In this document: piece after piece, positions 8,894-17,306 of the stretch | Layout: each line of letters begins with the position of its first letter | Position numbering within the stretch: the first letter of the stretch is position 1 | DNA from: Nitrososphaerota archaeon | GTDB lineage: Archaea > Thermoproteota > Nitrososphaeria > Nitrososphaerales > Gagatemarchaeaceae | Assembly: GCA_027886975.1 (NCBI GenBank) | Contig: JAPCJK010000001.1 | Coordinates: forward strand, 12,892 to 76,891 | DNA length: 64,000 nucleotides | Reading direction: 5' to 3' | Translations under genes and position numbers: made by a program | Notes under the pieces: generated by a model | The model's input: only the letters and a program-made list of their open reading frames with translations | Database searches by the model: none | Told to the model about the DNA's origin: nothing

Positions 8894-10375
8894 TTGGCCC
8901 GGAATCCTGTCGTTCGAGACATTCTGAAGAAGTACAGGCAGATTTGGGCACTCGGCCACTCGATGGCTCTGATGGGTTGGGACACTGAAACGCACATGCC
9001 AGAGGGAGGTGCTACGCCGAGAGGGATTGCGTCGGGACAGCTCGCGGTCATGGCGCAGAAGGCGACCATCGAGCTGGATGGGATGGTCAGGAAGGCCGAG
9101 AAGGCGAAGGACCTGGACGACATGGAGAAGGGGGTGGTCCGCGTCCTCAGGAGGGGCCTGGACTACTACCTGAAAATCCCGCCCGAATTGGTGGATGAGA
9201 TTCAGCGTGTGACGACCGAAGCCACGGTAGTCTGGAGGACGGCCCGGAAGAAGTCGGATTTCAGGCTCTTCAGGCCTCATCTGGAGAAGATAGTGAATCT
9301 CGAGAGGAAAGTGGCGGAGAAGCTCGGTTATCAGAAGCATCCCTACAACGCCCTTCTGGACCTCTACGAGGAGGGGTTCACGGTCCGCGATGCCGACGCC
9401 GTCTACTCCAAATTGATACCTGCCAGCAGGAAGCTCGTCGAAAAGGTCATGGCGGCAGGGATGTATCCCGAAAAACAGCCGCTCGAGACCGCAAAGTACG
9501 AGACGGAAGCGATGGAGAGGGTCAACCAGGGAGTCGTGGGCATGCTGAAAATGCCGGGAGATAGGTTCCGGATGGACGTTTCGACCCACCCTTTCTCAGT
9601 CCGCATCGCCTCAGACGACGTCAGGATAACTACCAGGTACGAGGGAGAGAACTTCAGGGACTCTCTCTACGCAGTCATTCATGAATGCGGGCATGCGCTC
9701 TACGAGCTGGGGATTGACGAAAAGCTGGCGTACACCCCGTTGGCGGATGGTGCATCTTTTGGAATCCACGAGTCCCAGTCCAGGTTCCTGGAGAACGTCG
9801 TGGGGCGGAGCAGGGAGTTCGTGAAGCTCCTCGACCCGTTGCTCAGAAAGAACCTTCCCTTCGTTCATGGCTACGACAATGAGAAACTGTACAAGTACTT
9901 CAATGCGGTGAAGAGGAGCCTCATCAGAGTGGAAGCCGACGAGCTGACCTACAACTTCCACACGGCGCTCAGGTACGAGATCGAGAAGAAGGCAATCGCA
10001 GGGGAGGTCGAGGTCTCGGAGCTGCCATCTCTGTGGAACGACACCTTTGAGGAATATTTGGGGATGAGGCCCAAGAACGATGCCGAAGGAATCCTGCAGG
10101 ACGTCCACTGGAGCGGGGGTTCGTTCGGCTACTTTGCAACCTACACATTAGGAAACGTGGTGGCGGGGATGATCTGGCACAAGATGAAGGACGGCGAATT
10201 CGTGCGAGAGGCCCTACAGAGAGGGGACGTCATGGAGATAAGAGGATGGCTGAGGAACAACATCCACAGGTACGGGTCGACCTACGCGCCCAGGGCCCTC
10301 CAGATGAAGGTCTTCGGAGAAGCGTACAACCCTGAGAGGATACTGCAATATCTGAATGCGAAGTACTCGTCCTAG
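8894..10375 (+). CDS. Carboxypeptidase Taq-type metallopeptidase (M32)
   Basis: 493 aa. HExxH as 'HECGHALYE', plus 'IHESQSRF' and 'DVHWS.G.FGYF.TY'. TTG start at 8894. Confidence 0.87.
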   Translation: MARNPVVRDILKKYRQIWALGHSMALMGWDTETHMPEGGATPRGIASGQLAVMAQKATIELDGMVRKAEKAKDLDDMEKGVVRVLRRGLDYYLKIPPELVDEIQRVTTEATVVWRTARKKSDFRLFRPHLEKIVNLERKVAEKLGYQKHPYNALLDLYEEGFTVRDADAVYSKLIPASRKLVEKVMAAGMYPEKQPLETAKYETEAMERVNQGVVGMLKMPGDRFRMDVSTHPFSVRIASDDVRITTRYEGENFRDSLYAVIHECGHALYELGIDEKLAYTPLADGASFGIHESQSRFLENVVGRSREFVKLLDPLLRKNLPFVHGYDNEKLYKYFNAVKRSLIRVEADELTYNFHTALRYEIEKKAIAGEVEVSELPSLWNDTFEEYLGMRPKNDAEGILQDVHWSGGSFGYFATYTLGNVVAGMIWHKMKDGEFVREALQRGDVMEIRGWLRNNIHRYGSTYAPRALQMKVFGEAYNPERILQYLNAKYSS

Positions 10376-10467
10376 GAACTCTTGCCGTCCAACTGGGCAA
10401 GTCTCGGGCTGAGTCCAGCTCCTCTCTTGTCCAAGTGACAGAATTTTTGTGTCGTGGTCGTAAAGGC

Positions 10468-10902
10468 CTAGCGATGGTTAGGGCCCCGAAGAGTGACCCC
10501 GTTCGAAGGAAATAGCTCGTCGTAGATTGGGATTTCGACGTTAAGAACGCTCTGACCCGATGAATCGACCCCATCCCATAGTGTTTCTGGTTCGATGTTT
10601 CTCCATTCGAGGCCTGCCAATATATTCCGGAGCCAGGGGATCGAGATTTGGTGGTCGCCGTACCGGCCCCCATGCGCTATAGCGGCTCGGACTACCCCTG
10701 CATAGTAGTCTGTTATGTTTGCGTTTGGACTGAACTCTCCCTTCACCCTTGAAGCGGCCAGCAAGTCCGCGCTGTCGGTGGGGAGCTCAGGGCTTACTTC
10801 AACCTCCGGCTGGAGATTCAGGTCCGCATCCCAGAGGCTGTTGTCATCGACGGACTTCAGTTTGCGCTTTATTCCGTCCATCATCGCAGATGGTATCGTC
10901 AA
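10468..10902 (-). CDS. Hypothetical protein
   Basis: 144-aa ORF with ordinary amino-acid composition, last of three same-strand ORFs. No family recognised. Confidence 0.4.
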   Translation of the reverse strand: MTIPSAMMDGIKRKLKSVDDNSLWDADLNLQPEVEVSPELPTDSADLLAASRVKGEFSPNANITDYYAGVVRAAIAHGGRYGDHQISIPWLRNILAGLEWRNIEPETLWDGVDSSGQSVLNVEIPIYDELFPSNGVTLRGPNHR

Positions 10903-10995
10903 ATAGGTTTTTGAATCGATGCATTTGAAAACTGAAACGTGGGTCGTTCATCGGCGTTGAACGGGTTTCTGGAAGTCCGCTGAGTCGTCCAGGGT

Positions 10996-11475
10996 TCAGC
11001 TGGCAGTTATTCTGACGGAGTTCCAGACTGCCTCTGACCCGCTCCCGAAGTACCCCTCGACGCTTATCGTGTACATCTTACCCGGGGACACGATGATTGT
11101 CGCCGGGAATGTCAGATTCAGCACCCTGTTGATGCCTGGCTTGAAGGGGCCTTGGGCCCCACCCGCGGACTGATTGCCGACGAATACCTTGACGCTTGTA
11201 ATCGGCATTCCTCCAGAGGCGTTCAACCCTAGGGAGAGGGTGGCGTAATTCACAGGTCCCAACACGTCTGTGTAATTAACTGAAACCAGGCGGGCCGAAG
11301 TGATCGAGAAGCTCACGCAGGATGATGATTGGGTGGCGCATGAGGTGGTCTGGGTCGTGACCAAGGGAGTCTGTCCCTGCTTCCCAACCCCTGCCGTGGC
11401 GTAGTTCAGCACGACGACGAAGCCTACCACGAATGCAGTGCAAAGGGCCACTACGAGCAGGCTGCGGAGATACAC
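10996..11475 (-). CDS. Hypothetical secreted/anchored protein
   Basis: 159 aa, N-terminal hydrophobic helix followed by a Thr/Ser/Gln-rich segment. It starts 3 nt after the stop of the upstream membrane protein. Confidence 0.5.
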   Translation of the reverse strand: MYLRSLLVVALCTAFVVGFVVVLNYATAGVGKQGQTPLVTTQTTSCATQSSSCVSFSITSARLVSVNYTDVLGPVNYATLSLGLNASGGMPITSVKVFVGNQSAGGAQGPFKPGINRVLNLTFPATIIVSPGKMYTISVEGYFGSGSEAVWNSVRITAS

Positions 11476-11477
11476 GA

Positions 11478-12506
11478 TTAGTCGGTCTGAACCTGACCCG
11501 ATTTAGGCGCTTCGAGGTTGCCAGTCTCGCTCGGCAGGGCTCCTTTCCTCCAAAGCCTTCTGAAGAAGAGGATCATGACTGCATCGGCGAGTAGGGTCAT
11601 AGGTAGAGCGATCTCCGCCACGACTCCGAAGACAGCGATGGGGAGGATCAACCCAAGAGCGAGGGAAAGCAACCCCTTCCGATTTTCGCTTATGCCGGCA
11701 CTCCGTATGACATAGACCAAGAAGAGAGACTGCACCAGCATCACCAGAACGAAGTCAGGCGCCGCCGGCACGCCTGCCGCCCTCGGGATGTTCTCAGTAA
11801 GGAGGATCACCGGGAAGAAGGAGACACCCACGATGCCGAGAACCTTGTTGGATGAGCCGCGAATCACCGTCTTGGCGGCCAAAGCACCGGCTGGGATACG
11901 GCGTGCCGCAAAGATGAGTACGCCGATGAAGACCAGGCTCAGGATCAGGATGGGCAGACCCATCCAGTAGCCTGAGGCCCTGAACACGATGGCCATGAGG
12001 ACAAGTACGTCGGCTAGGAGTATCACGACGACAATTGCTATCCTTCTCTTGGAGAGAAGGCTCTTGCCGACGGTCTCCGGGAGTGCGAGTCCCAGCAACA
12101 AGATTGGGAGGGAGATGCTCCAGAGAGCGTGGAACGGCACGATCCCCGCAGACCAGACCCAGTTTACCCCGACCCAATGACCGTAGATGCCGAAATCACC
12201 CACTGGGCCGGCTTTAGGGTCGTACAGGGTGCTCAGTGCAACTCCCTCCTCGAGGATTCCGTAGGCGGCTCCGAGGAGCAGGACGGTCGCCCATCCCTTT
12301 TTCCACCTGACCTTTGCTTCGTAAATCAGGAGGACGCCAGAGCCGTATAGGCCGAGGTTCGCGGTCAGTTGGAAGAGGAACATGAACGGGTTGAGGATTA
12401 TCGCGTTAATCGGGCTCGAGCTAGAAAGGTACTCAGGAATCCCAGGAGTGAGCGCAAGGAGGAGCGCGACCGGATGAGATTTCAGGTATCCTGGCAGCGA
12501 CACCAA
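11478..12506 (-). CDS. Polytopic integral membrane protein, unknown function
   Basis: 342 aa with about 8 or more hydrophobic segments. No family recognised. Confidence 0.6.
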   Translation of the reverse strand: MVSLPGYLKSHPVALLLALTPGIPEYLSSSSPINAIILNPFMFLFQLTANLGLYGSGVLLIYEAKVRWKKGWATVLLLGAAYGILEEGVALSTLYDPKAGPVGDFGIYGHWVGVNWVWSAGIVPFHALWSISLPILLLGLALPETVGKSLLSKRRIAIVVVILLADVLVLMAIVFRASGYWMGLPILILSLVFIGVLIFAARRIPAGALAAKTVIRGSSNKVLGIVGVSFFPVILLTENIPRAAGVPAAPDFVLVMLVQSLFLVYVIRSAGISENRKGLLSLALGLILPIAVFGVVAEIALPMTLLADAVMILFFRRLWRKGALPSETGNLEAPKSGQVQTD

Positions 12507-12554
12507 GTCACAATGGTTTAGAGAGGCCCTTGAAATGTGAATCGTCAGGCCAGC

Positions 12555-13016
12555 TCAAAGCTTAGCCCTCATCTCAGTCGTGGGCAGGAACCCCAGGCTC
12601 TCGTAAAGCGGCCTCCCCGCTTCGGAGGCGTGGAGGTTAACCCTCTCGTAACCATGTTCCCTGCACCATTTCAGGGCGCTCTGCACGATCAACCTCGCCA
12701 CGCCTTTTCGTCTGAACCCCGGCGCTGTGTACATGGACATTAGATACGGCGCGACCATGCTTGGATTCGTTGGCCTTGGCTGCTCGTCCCTCAGCCAGAT
12801 GCAACCGCTCCCTGCCACCTTGCCGTCTTGTGTCCGTACGACGAAGCCGGTGAGTCTAACATCCGAAAGCTTTTTCCTGATTCATTCCCGAGTCCACTCC
12901 TCCGATTCGTCTATCTTCGTCCCGAGCTCAGGATGGACCTCACGCAACAAGTTCGGCCTTTCCGCGGCGAGTAGCTCTAGGTCGCCAGGTCCGGCGTGGA
13001 CGAGATTGAATTCCAA
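12555..13016 (-). pseudogene. GNAT N-acetyltransferase interrupted by a single in-frame TGA
   Basis: One frame reads 'MEFNLVHAGPGDLELLAAERPNLLREVHPELGTKIDESEEWTRE-TGA-IRKKLSDVRLTGFVVRTQDGKVAGSGCIWL...YTAPGFRRKGVARLIV...LYESLGF'. That is a full-length GNAT of about 153 codons. The TTG start is at 13016..13014 and the stop codon at 12884..12882. The track shows only the C-terminal 87 aa. Confidence 0.7.
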
Positions 13017-13130
13017 ACAAGACGCCGAGGGGGCAGTCCGGTTCTACGCTTTATTCTCTATTCCGTTCCTGAGGCGTTTTCGGAAAGTTGAAAGCGCTCT
13101 ATTTGAGGGAGAGACGCCGGTGCTCATCAA

Positions 13131-13364
13131 TTGAGAATGTCGATAGCTGAAGTGATTGGAGTCGCCAAGAAGTTCCTAAGGGAGGATGCAGGATACGATA
13201 GGATGACGATCTCGTCAGTAGTCGCCATGGAGCCCGATTCAAAATGGAAGGTCATAGCAGAGATTTCGGGGATTGCGCCGCAGAAAAAGGAAGTGATCGT
13301 AGACGACAAGGACGGAAATGTTGTCTCGTACAAACCAGGCCAGGACAGGGAGGGCGCCGGTTGA
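13131..13364 (+). CDS. Small hypothetical protein (possibly a PepSY-like fold)
   Basis: 77-aa ORF with an alternating pattern ending 'VIVDDKDGNVVSYK'. The assignment is weak. Confidence 0.4.
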   Translation: MRMSIAEVIGVAKKFLREDAGYDRMTISSVVAMEPDSKWKVIAEISGIAPQKKEVIVDDKDGNVVSYKPGQDREGAG

Positions 13365-13388
13365 GTAAGGAGAGGATGTAATACAGTC

Positions 13389-13638
13389 TTGACCTTCAAG
13401 TGCCTATCTGGACAACATTCAGTCCAAGACGGGGAAGTCACCGGATGATTTCTTCGAGTTGGCGAAGAAGAAGGACATGATCAAGCATGATAAGCTACTC
13501 GCAAAGCATGCCGAACTGCTTGCTTGGCTGAAATCTGATATTGGGTTGGGGCACGGTCATGCAAACGCGATGATACTGTACCTGAGGATTCGGACGAAGG
13601 ACCCTAGAGTACAAGAGACAAAGAAGAGACTGGATTAG
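13389..13638 (+). pseudogene. DUF4287 family protein with a 1-nt frame disruption after codon 4
   Basis: TTG ACC TTC AAG (13389-13400), one extra base at 13401, then GCC TAT CTG GAC AAC ATT. Together this reads 'MTFK/AYLDNIQSKTGKSPDDFFELAKKK...LLAWLKSDIGLGHGHANAMILYL', matching the DUF4287 consensus 'MSFQAYLDNI...GLGHGHA'. The stop TAG is at 13636-13638. The ORF is absent from the track. Confidence 0.65.
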
Positions 13639-13661
13639 AACGGGAGAGACGAGACGTATCC

Positions 13662-15170
13662 CTAGGTGGCTTGGTTGGCTTCGGGCTTGCCCCACTGCAT
13701 GGGCGGCGGGTCTTTGATACGCAGAGCGATAACGAAGGCCAACGCTCCCAGCAACACTCCTGCGAATAGGGCGTATTGGAAGCCGGTCACCACTGCTGCA
13801 GCCGTTGCGAGGGCACCAGCGCCTGCTGCTGCCGGGGGGTCGAACACACCTGCAACGGTCAGAAGCACCGCCAAGCCGAGTGGGAATCCTATTCGGAATG
13901 AAGTGCTGACTACTCCCGAAGCGAGGCCTTCCTCGCCATGCTTTGTACCTGCGACCGCGGCGATGTTTACTGCCGGGAACCCGATACTGGCTCCTAGAGC
14001 CCATACAACCATACCCGGTACGATTCCGAAATAGTTCCCTTGCGCCGAAATTGGAATGAGCAACAGGACGCCGATTGTCACGAACGCGGATGATAGCAGC
14101 AGAGTCTTTCTGGCTCCGAACCTATTGAGCACGCGGGACGCTCCCCAGCCACCCACCAAGAAGAAGATCAGTGCGGGTGGGAGAGTGCCGAATGCTGCGG
14201 CTATGGCCGAATATCCGAGTATTACTTGGAGGTAAATGGTGAGTATGAAGGAGATTCCTCCAACGATTGAGGTGAGTACCAACGCAAGGGTGTTTGATGC
14301 TAGGACCGACCCGCGTCTGATGAAAGACAGCGGCATCAAAGGCGCCTTGGACCTGGATTCGATGAACACAAAGGCACCCAGTAGGACAAACGAGATGAGG
14401 AGCGGAACGTAGGTTAGCAATGCAGCGAACCCGATAGTAGCGGCGTTCGTCAAAGCATAGACGAATAGGACGATACCAGCTGTCACAGTTACGGCACCTG
14501 GCACATCAAGGTGCTTATTCTGGACCCAACCAGCGGCGTTTGGCAAGTACTTCTGACTTAGGAGAATCGCTACTATGCCGATCGGCACATTTACGAACAT
14601 CACATAGCGCCAACCGAAGAATGTTGTCAGGACCCCTCCCGCGAAGGCCCCTGCTACGAACCCGCCAGAGAGCACTGCTACAAACACCCCAAACTTCTTG
14701 TTCCTCTCGGGCCCTTCGGGATAAAGCCCCAGGAAAATCGCGAACGCTGTAACTGTGGTCATCGCCCCTCCGATTCCCTGCAAAGCCCTGAAGACCACTA
14801 GGGTCAGAAGATTAGGAGAGAGTCCACCCGCGAATGATGCCGCGGTGAAGACAGAGAGACCGATTAGGAAAATCTTCTTCTGGCCGAAGACGTCTCCCGC
14901 CCTCCCCATGAGTAAAAGGAAGCCAGCGAGAGTTATCGCATAGGCACCGTACACCCACTGAAGGTCCGCCGTGGAAACGGTGAACGACTTCTGAATCGAA
15001 GGCAGAGCTATCTGGACGATGGAAGCGTCTATGATGTCCAGGAAGTAGGCTGAGATAATTATTACGAAAGCCAGCCCGGCATGAGAAGCCATCCGTCCTG
15101 CTGCATTGGCTGAATTGGGCCACCCACCATCAGCACCAGCAGGTGGCGAATTTCCTTCGGCAGCGGACAT
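13662..15170 (-). CDS. MFS transporter, DHA2 (EmrB/QacA-like, 14-TMS) drug:H+ antiporter family
   Basis: 502 aa, about 14 hydrophobic segments, motif A-like 'LLMGRAGDVFGQKKIF'. It is divergent from a TetR gene. Confidence 0.85.
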   Translation of the reverse strand: MSAAEGNSPPAGADGGWPNSANAAGRMASHAGLAFVIIISAYFLDIIDASIVQIALPSIQKSFTVSTADLQWVYGAYAITLAGFLLLMGRAGDVFGQKKIFLIGLSVFTAASFAGGLSPNLLTLVVFRALQGIGGAMTTVTAFAIFLGLYPEGPERNKKFGVFVAVLSGGFVAGAFAGGVLTTFFGWRYVMFVNVPIGIVAILLSQKYLPNAAGWVQNKHLDVPGAVTVTAGIVLFVYALTNAATIGFAALLTYVPLLISFVLLGAFVFIESRSKAPLMPLSFIRRGSVLASNTLALVLTSIVGGISFILTIYLQVILGYSAIAAAFGTLPPALIFFLVGGWGASRVLNRFGARKTLLLSSAFVTIGVLLLIPISAQGNYFGIVPGMVVWALGASIGFPAVNIAAVAGTKHGEEGLASGVVSTSFRIGFPLGLAVLLTVAGVFDPPAAAGAGALATAAAVVTGFQYALFAGVLLGALAFVIALRIKDPPPMQWGKPEANQAT

Positions 15171-15182
15171 ACCAAACGGTAT
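15169..15182. promoter_or_regulatory. Operator-like palindrome ATACCAAACGGTAT at the MFS gene start
   Basis: Perfect 5+4+5 inverted repeat overlapping the MFS start codon (15170..15168). A TATA-like 'cttattac' (minus strand, 15194-15201) lies about 27 nt upstream of that start. A near-identical site is at 15273. Confidence 0.5.
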
Positions 15183-15272
15183 TTTGGTTAGGGGTAATAA
15201 GCCTTGTGCACAACGGTCCAGCCTTGCGTGCCTCTTTCATGAAACTAATCGGGCACTCATTATTCTATGAAC

Positions 15273-15286
15273 ATACCGAATGGTAT
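15273..15286. promoter_or_regulatory. Operator-like palindrome ATACCGAATGGTAT overlapping the tetR TATA box
   Basis: Second copy of ACATACCnAAnGGTATnTT. It abuts and overlaps 'tatattaa' (15284-15291), about 32 nt upstream of the tetR ATG at 15320. Confidence 0.5.
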
Positions 15287-15319
15287 ATTAAACAGGGTGT
15301 TGTTTAGCACATTACCGAA

Positions 15320-15949
15320 ATGAGGGACCCGGAGAGAACCAGGGCCGCCATCTTAGACGCAGCTTTTACTGAAATCTACGAAAATGGATTCCAGGCCACG
15401 AGCATCGACGATATCGTTGCCAAAGCCTCAATGACCAAGGGAGCTTTCTTTTCCCACTTCCATTCAAAGAACGAATTAGGTTATGCCCTGGTCGACGAAG
15501 TGCTGAAAGATATGACACTGGACAGATGGATCAGACCTGTTGCTGCCTACAAGAACCCCGTCCAGGGAATAATCACCCGTTTCAGAAAGATAATCGAAAC
15601 TACGCCTGAGGAACACATTGCACTTGGGTGTCCTCTGAACAACCTCACGCAGGAGATGTCTGCGGTCGACCCCGTCTTCCGAGACAAAATCCAAGCGGTG
15701 CTTTTGATGTGGATTGAGGAGACAGAGAAGTACCTGAAGAAGGCTCAGGCCGAAGGCTACCTGAGGAAGAACGTGAACACAAGGCAAGTTGCGGAATTCG
15801 TCGTCATGGTGGAAGAAGGCTCCTTCGCTATTGTGAAGAACCTCAGAGACAAAAAGGTCTACTGGGCGCTGTACGAATCACTGAAGCAGTACCTGGAGTC
15901 CATCAGCGAGAGGCCCGAGGCAACTCAGGATCCGCTTGTACGTCGATAA
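15320..15949 (+). CDS. TetR/AcrR family transcriptional regulator
   Basis: 209 aa. N-terminal HTH 'ATSIDDIVAKASMTKGAFFSHFHSKNEL'. Divergent from the MFS pump. Confidence 0.87.
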   Translation: MRDPERTRAAILDAAFTEIYENGFQATSIDDIVAKASMTKGAFFSHFHSKNELGYALVDEVLKDMTLDRWIRPVAAYKNPVQGIITRFRKIIETTPEEHIALGCPLNNLTQEMSAVDPVFRDKIQAVLLMWIEETEKYLKKAQAEGYLRKNVNTRQVAEFVVMVEEGSFAIVKNLRDKKVYWALYESLKQYLESISERPEATQDPLVRR

Positions 15950-15960
15950 GCGACCCAAGG

Positions 15961-16407
15961 TCATCTAGAGGCCTTCCTCAACCGCCAGTTTGTCGGCCGT
16001 GTAAACGCAAGAACCGCAAGGCTGACGAAGAATAGTTCTGCATTGTTGAACCAGACGATCGCAGGGAAGTAGGTCTGCAAGTTGAGTACGTGGTTGAAGG
16101 TGTCTACTTGGTCGAAGAGGATGATTTGTAATGTGGCCACGAATGCAATCAATGAGACGAAGAAAATCGCCTCCTTGACGCCTCTCTTCAGATTGCTGCG
16201 GCGAAAAGACAACACGGAAATCACCAGGACGACTGCGCACAGGGCACCCACGTAGTCTTGTATTTTCGACAAGAGGCCGGTCTTGTCCATGGACAAATAC
16301 CAAGTGTGGGAGACTGCCCAGTTGGCCGTCCAAGACCCGTAGAGCGCAACACCGGAGACAATTGCACTCCATTTTGCCATTCCGTCGATCTTTGACATGC
16401 TGACCAT
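15961..16407 (-). CDS. Integral membrane protein, unknown function
   Basis: About 4 hydrophobic segments. I chose the start at ATG 16407 to avoid a 29-nt overlap with the upstream gene. The track ORF extends to 16440. Confidence 0.5.
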   Translation of the reverse strand: MVSMSKIDGMAKWSAIVSGVALYGSWTANWAVSHTWYLSMDKTGLLSKIQDYVGALCAVVLVISVLSFRRSNLKRGVKEAIFFVSLIAFVATLQIILFDQVDTFNHVLNLQTYFPAIVWFNNAELFFVSLAVLAFTRPTNWRLRKASR

Positions 16408-16411
16408 CGCG

Positions 16412-16843
16412 CTAAGCGCTTGGCTTGCTTGCCTCAGCAACTAGCTTCTGGAATTCCCTGTCGAAAGTCCCTTCGGACCTGCTATGCACCTCTTGGAATA
16501 CGGGGTGCTTGGCCATGGTCTTCAGCCACGCGTGCCACTGACTCCAGGTATCCTCGTCTATCCATTTCTTTGCGTATAGCAGATAGACTCTTTCGAACAA
16601 AGAGTAATTCAGGAGCATATATCCGAAGACTGCGCCCTCCTGCGGAGTCACTTTGCGTGATTCCGAGCCTGCGGCCCTGGTGATTTCGGCCATCTGTTCT
16701 ACGAGGGCTGCCAGCTCAGGCTTCTGGACGAGCAGGGCGATGGTATCGGAGTAGTCATCCAAGGCCTTCTGGTAGGCGGCGTCCTTGATTGCCAAGTTCT
16801 GGCTGCGAAATTGGTAGATGAAGATAATCATGGTCAGGGTCAA
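16412..16843 (-). CDS. Membrane-anchored hypothetical protein (N-terminus possibly longer)
   Basis: 143 aa from the TTG at 16843. The in-frame upstream codons complete a transmembrane helix, 'PIVLFTLAQTVV-LTLTMIIFIYQF', but contain no ATG/GTG/TTG. Confidence 0.5.
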   Translation of the reverse strand: MTLTMIIFIYQFRSQNLAIKDAAYQKALDDYSDTIALLVQKPELAALVEQMAEITRAAGSESRKVTPQEGAVFGYMLLNYSLFERVYLLYAKKWIDEDTWSQWHAWLKTMAKHPVFQEVHSRSEGTFDREFQKLVAEASKPSA

Positions 16844-17006
16844 GACGACCGTCTGGGCGAGAGTGAAGAGGACGATGGGGTCTGAGATGTCTGTTGCCAG
16901 TTCTATCGGCCTCCTATCCGGACAATTGTCTGGGTTATTTTAACAATGGACGCCGGGCTACAATCAAAAGGAATAAGGGGGCACCTTTGCGCTGAACGGT
17001 GAAGCC

Positions 17007-17294
17007 TTGAGCCAAGAAGAGTTCCGCGAATGGGTGAATCGAAGGTCGCACCTGCCGCTGGCGGTGAAAGGTCACACTTTCGTGATGAAGGAAGCCAACA
17101 TCGTCACTGTTGATGGGGGGAAGTTCGTCTACGAGGAGGCCCTTCAGCTGGTGAAGCAGCTGAACTCGAGGAGCCCCTTCGCCCAGATCAACGCAAGCGT
17201 CATGATTTGGGAGCGGAACGGAGGCCTGCGTCTGATAGTCCTCGGTCTTATTGCAGCCATAGTCGTGGTCGTGATTCTCTTCGCCAGGCGCTAG
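17007..17294 (+). CDS. Small C-terminally anchored hypothetical protein
   Basis: 95 aa, TTG start, C-terminal hydrophobic helix 'LIVLGLIAAIVVVVILFA'. Confidence 0.4.
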   Translation: MSQEEFREWVNRRSHLPLAVKGHTFVMKEANIVTVDGGKFVYEEALQLVKQLNSRSPFAQINASVMIWERNGGLRLIVLGLIAAIVVVVILFARR

Positions 17295-17306
17295 GATCCA
17301 GGACGG

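Noticed and set aside
8804-9589. The N-terminal 260 aa of the 443-aa minus-strand track ORF 8258..9589.
   Set aside because: It lies antisense to the well-supported M32 carboxypeptidase and is Arg/Pro/His-rich. Only the C-terminal 181 aa, from ATG 8803, match DUF1684. The long open frame is a by-product of GC-rich antisense sequence.
12882-12884. The in-frame TGA in the GNAT gene as selenocysteine, or as evidence for a TGA-reassigned genetic code.
   Set aside because: Several confident genes in the window (pntAA, pntAB, PolX, the DppF-type ATPase) terminate at TGA at the expected protein length. No other gene needs TGA read-through. GNAT enzymes have no known Sec position. I cannot exclude local readthrough, so it is kept only as a finding about a disrupted gene.
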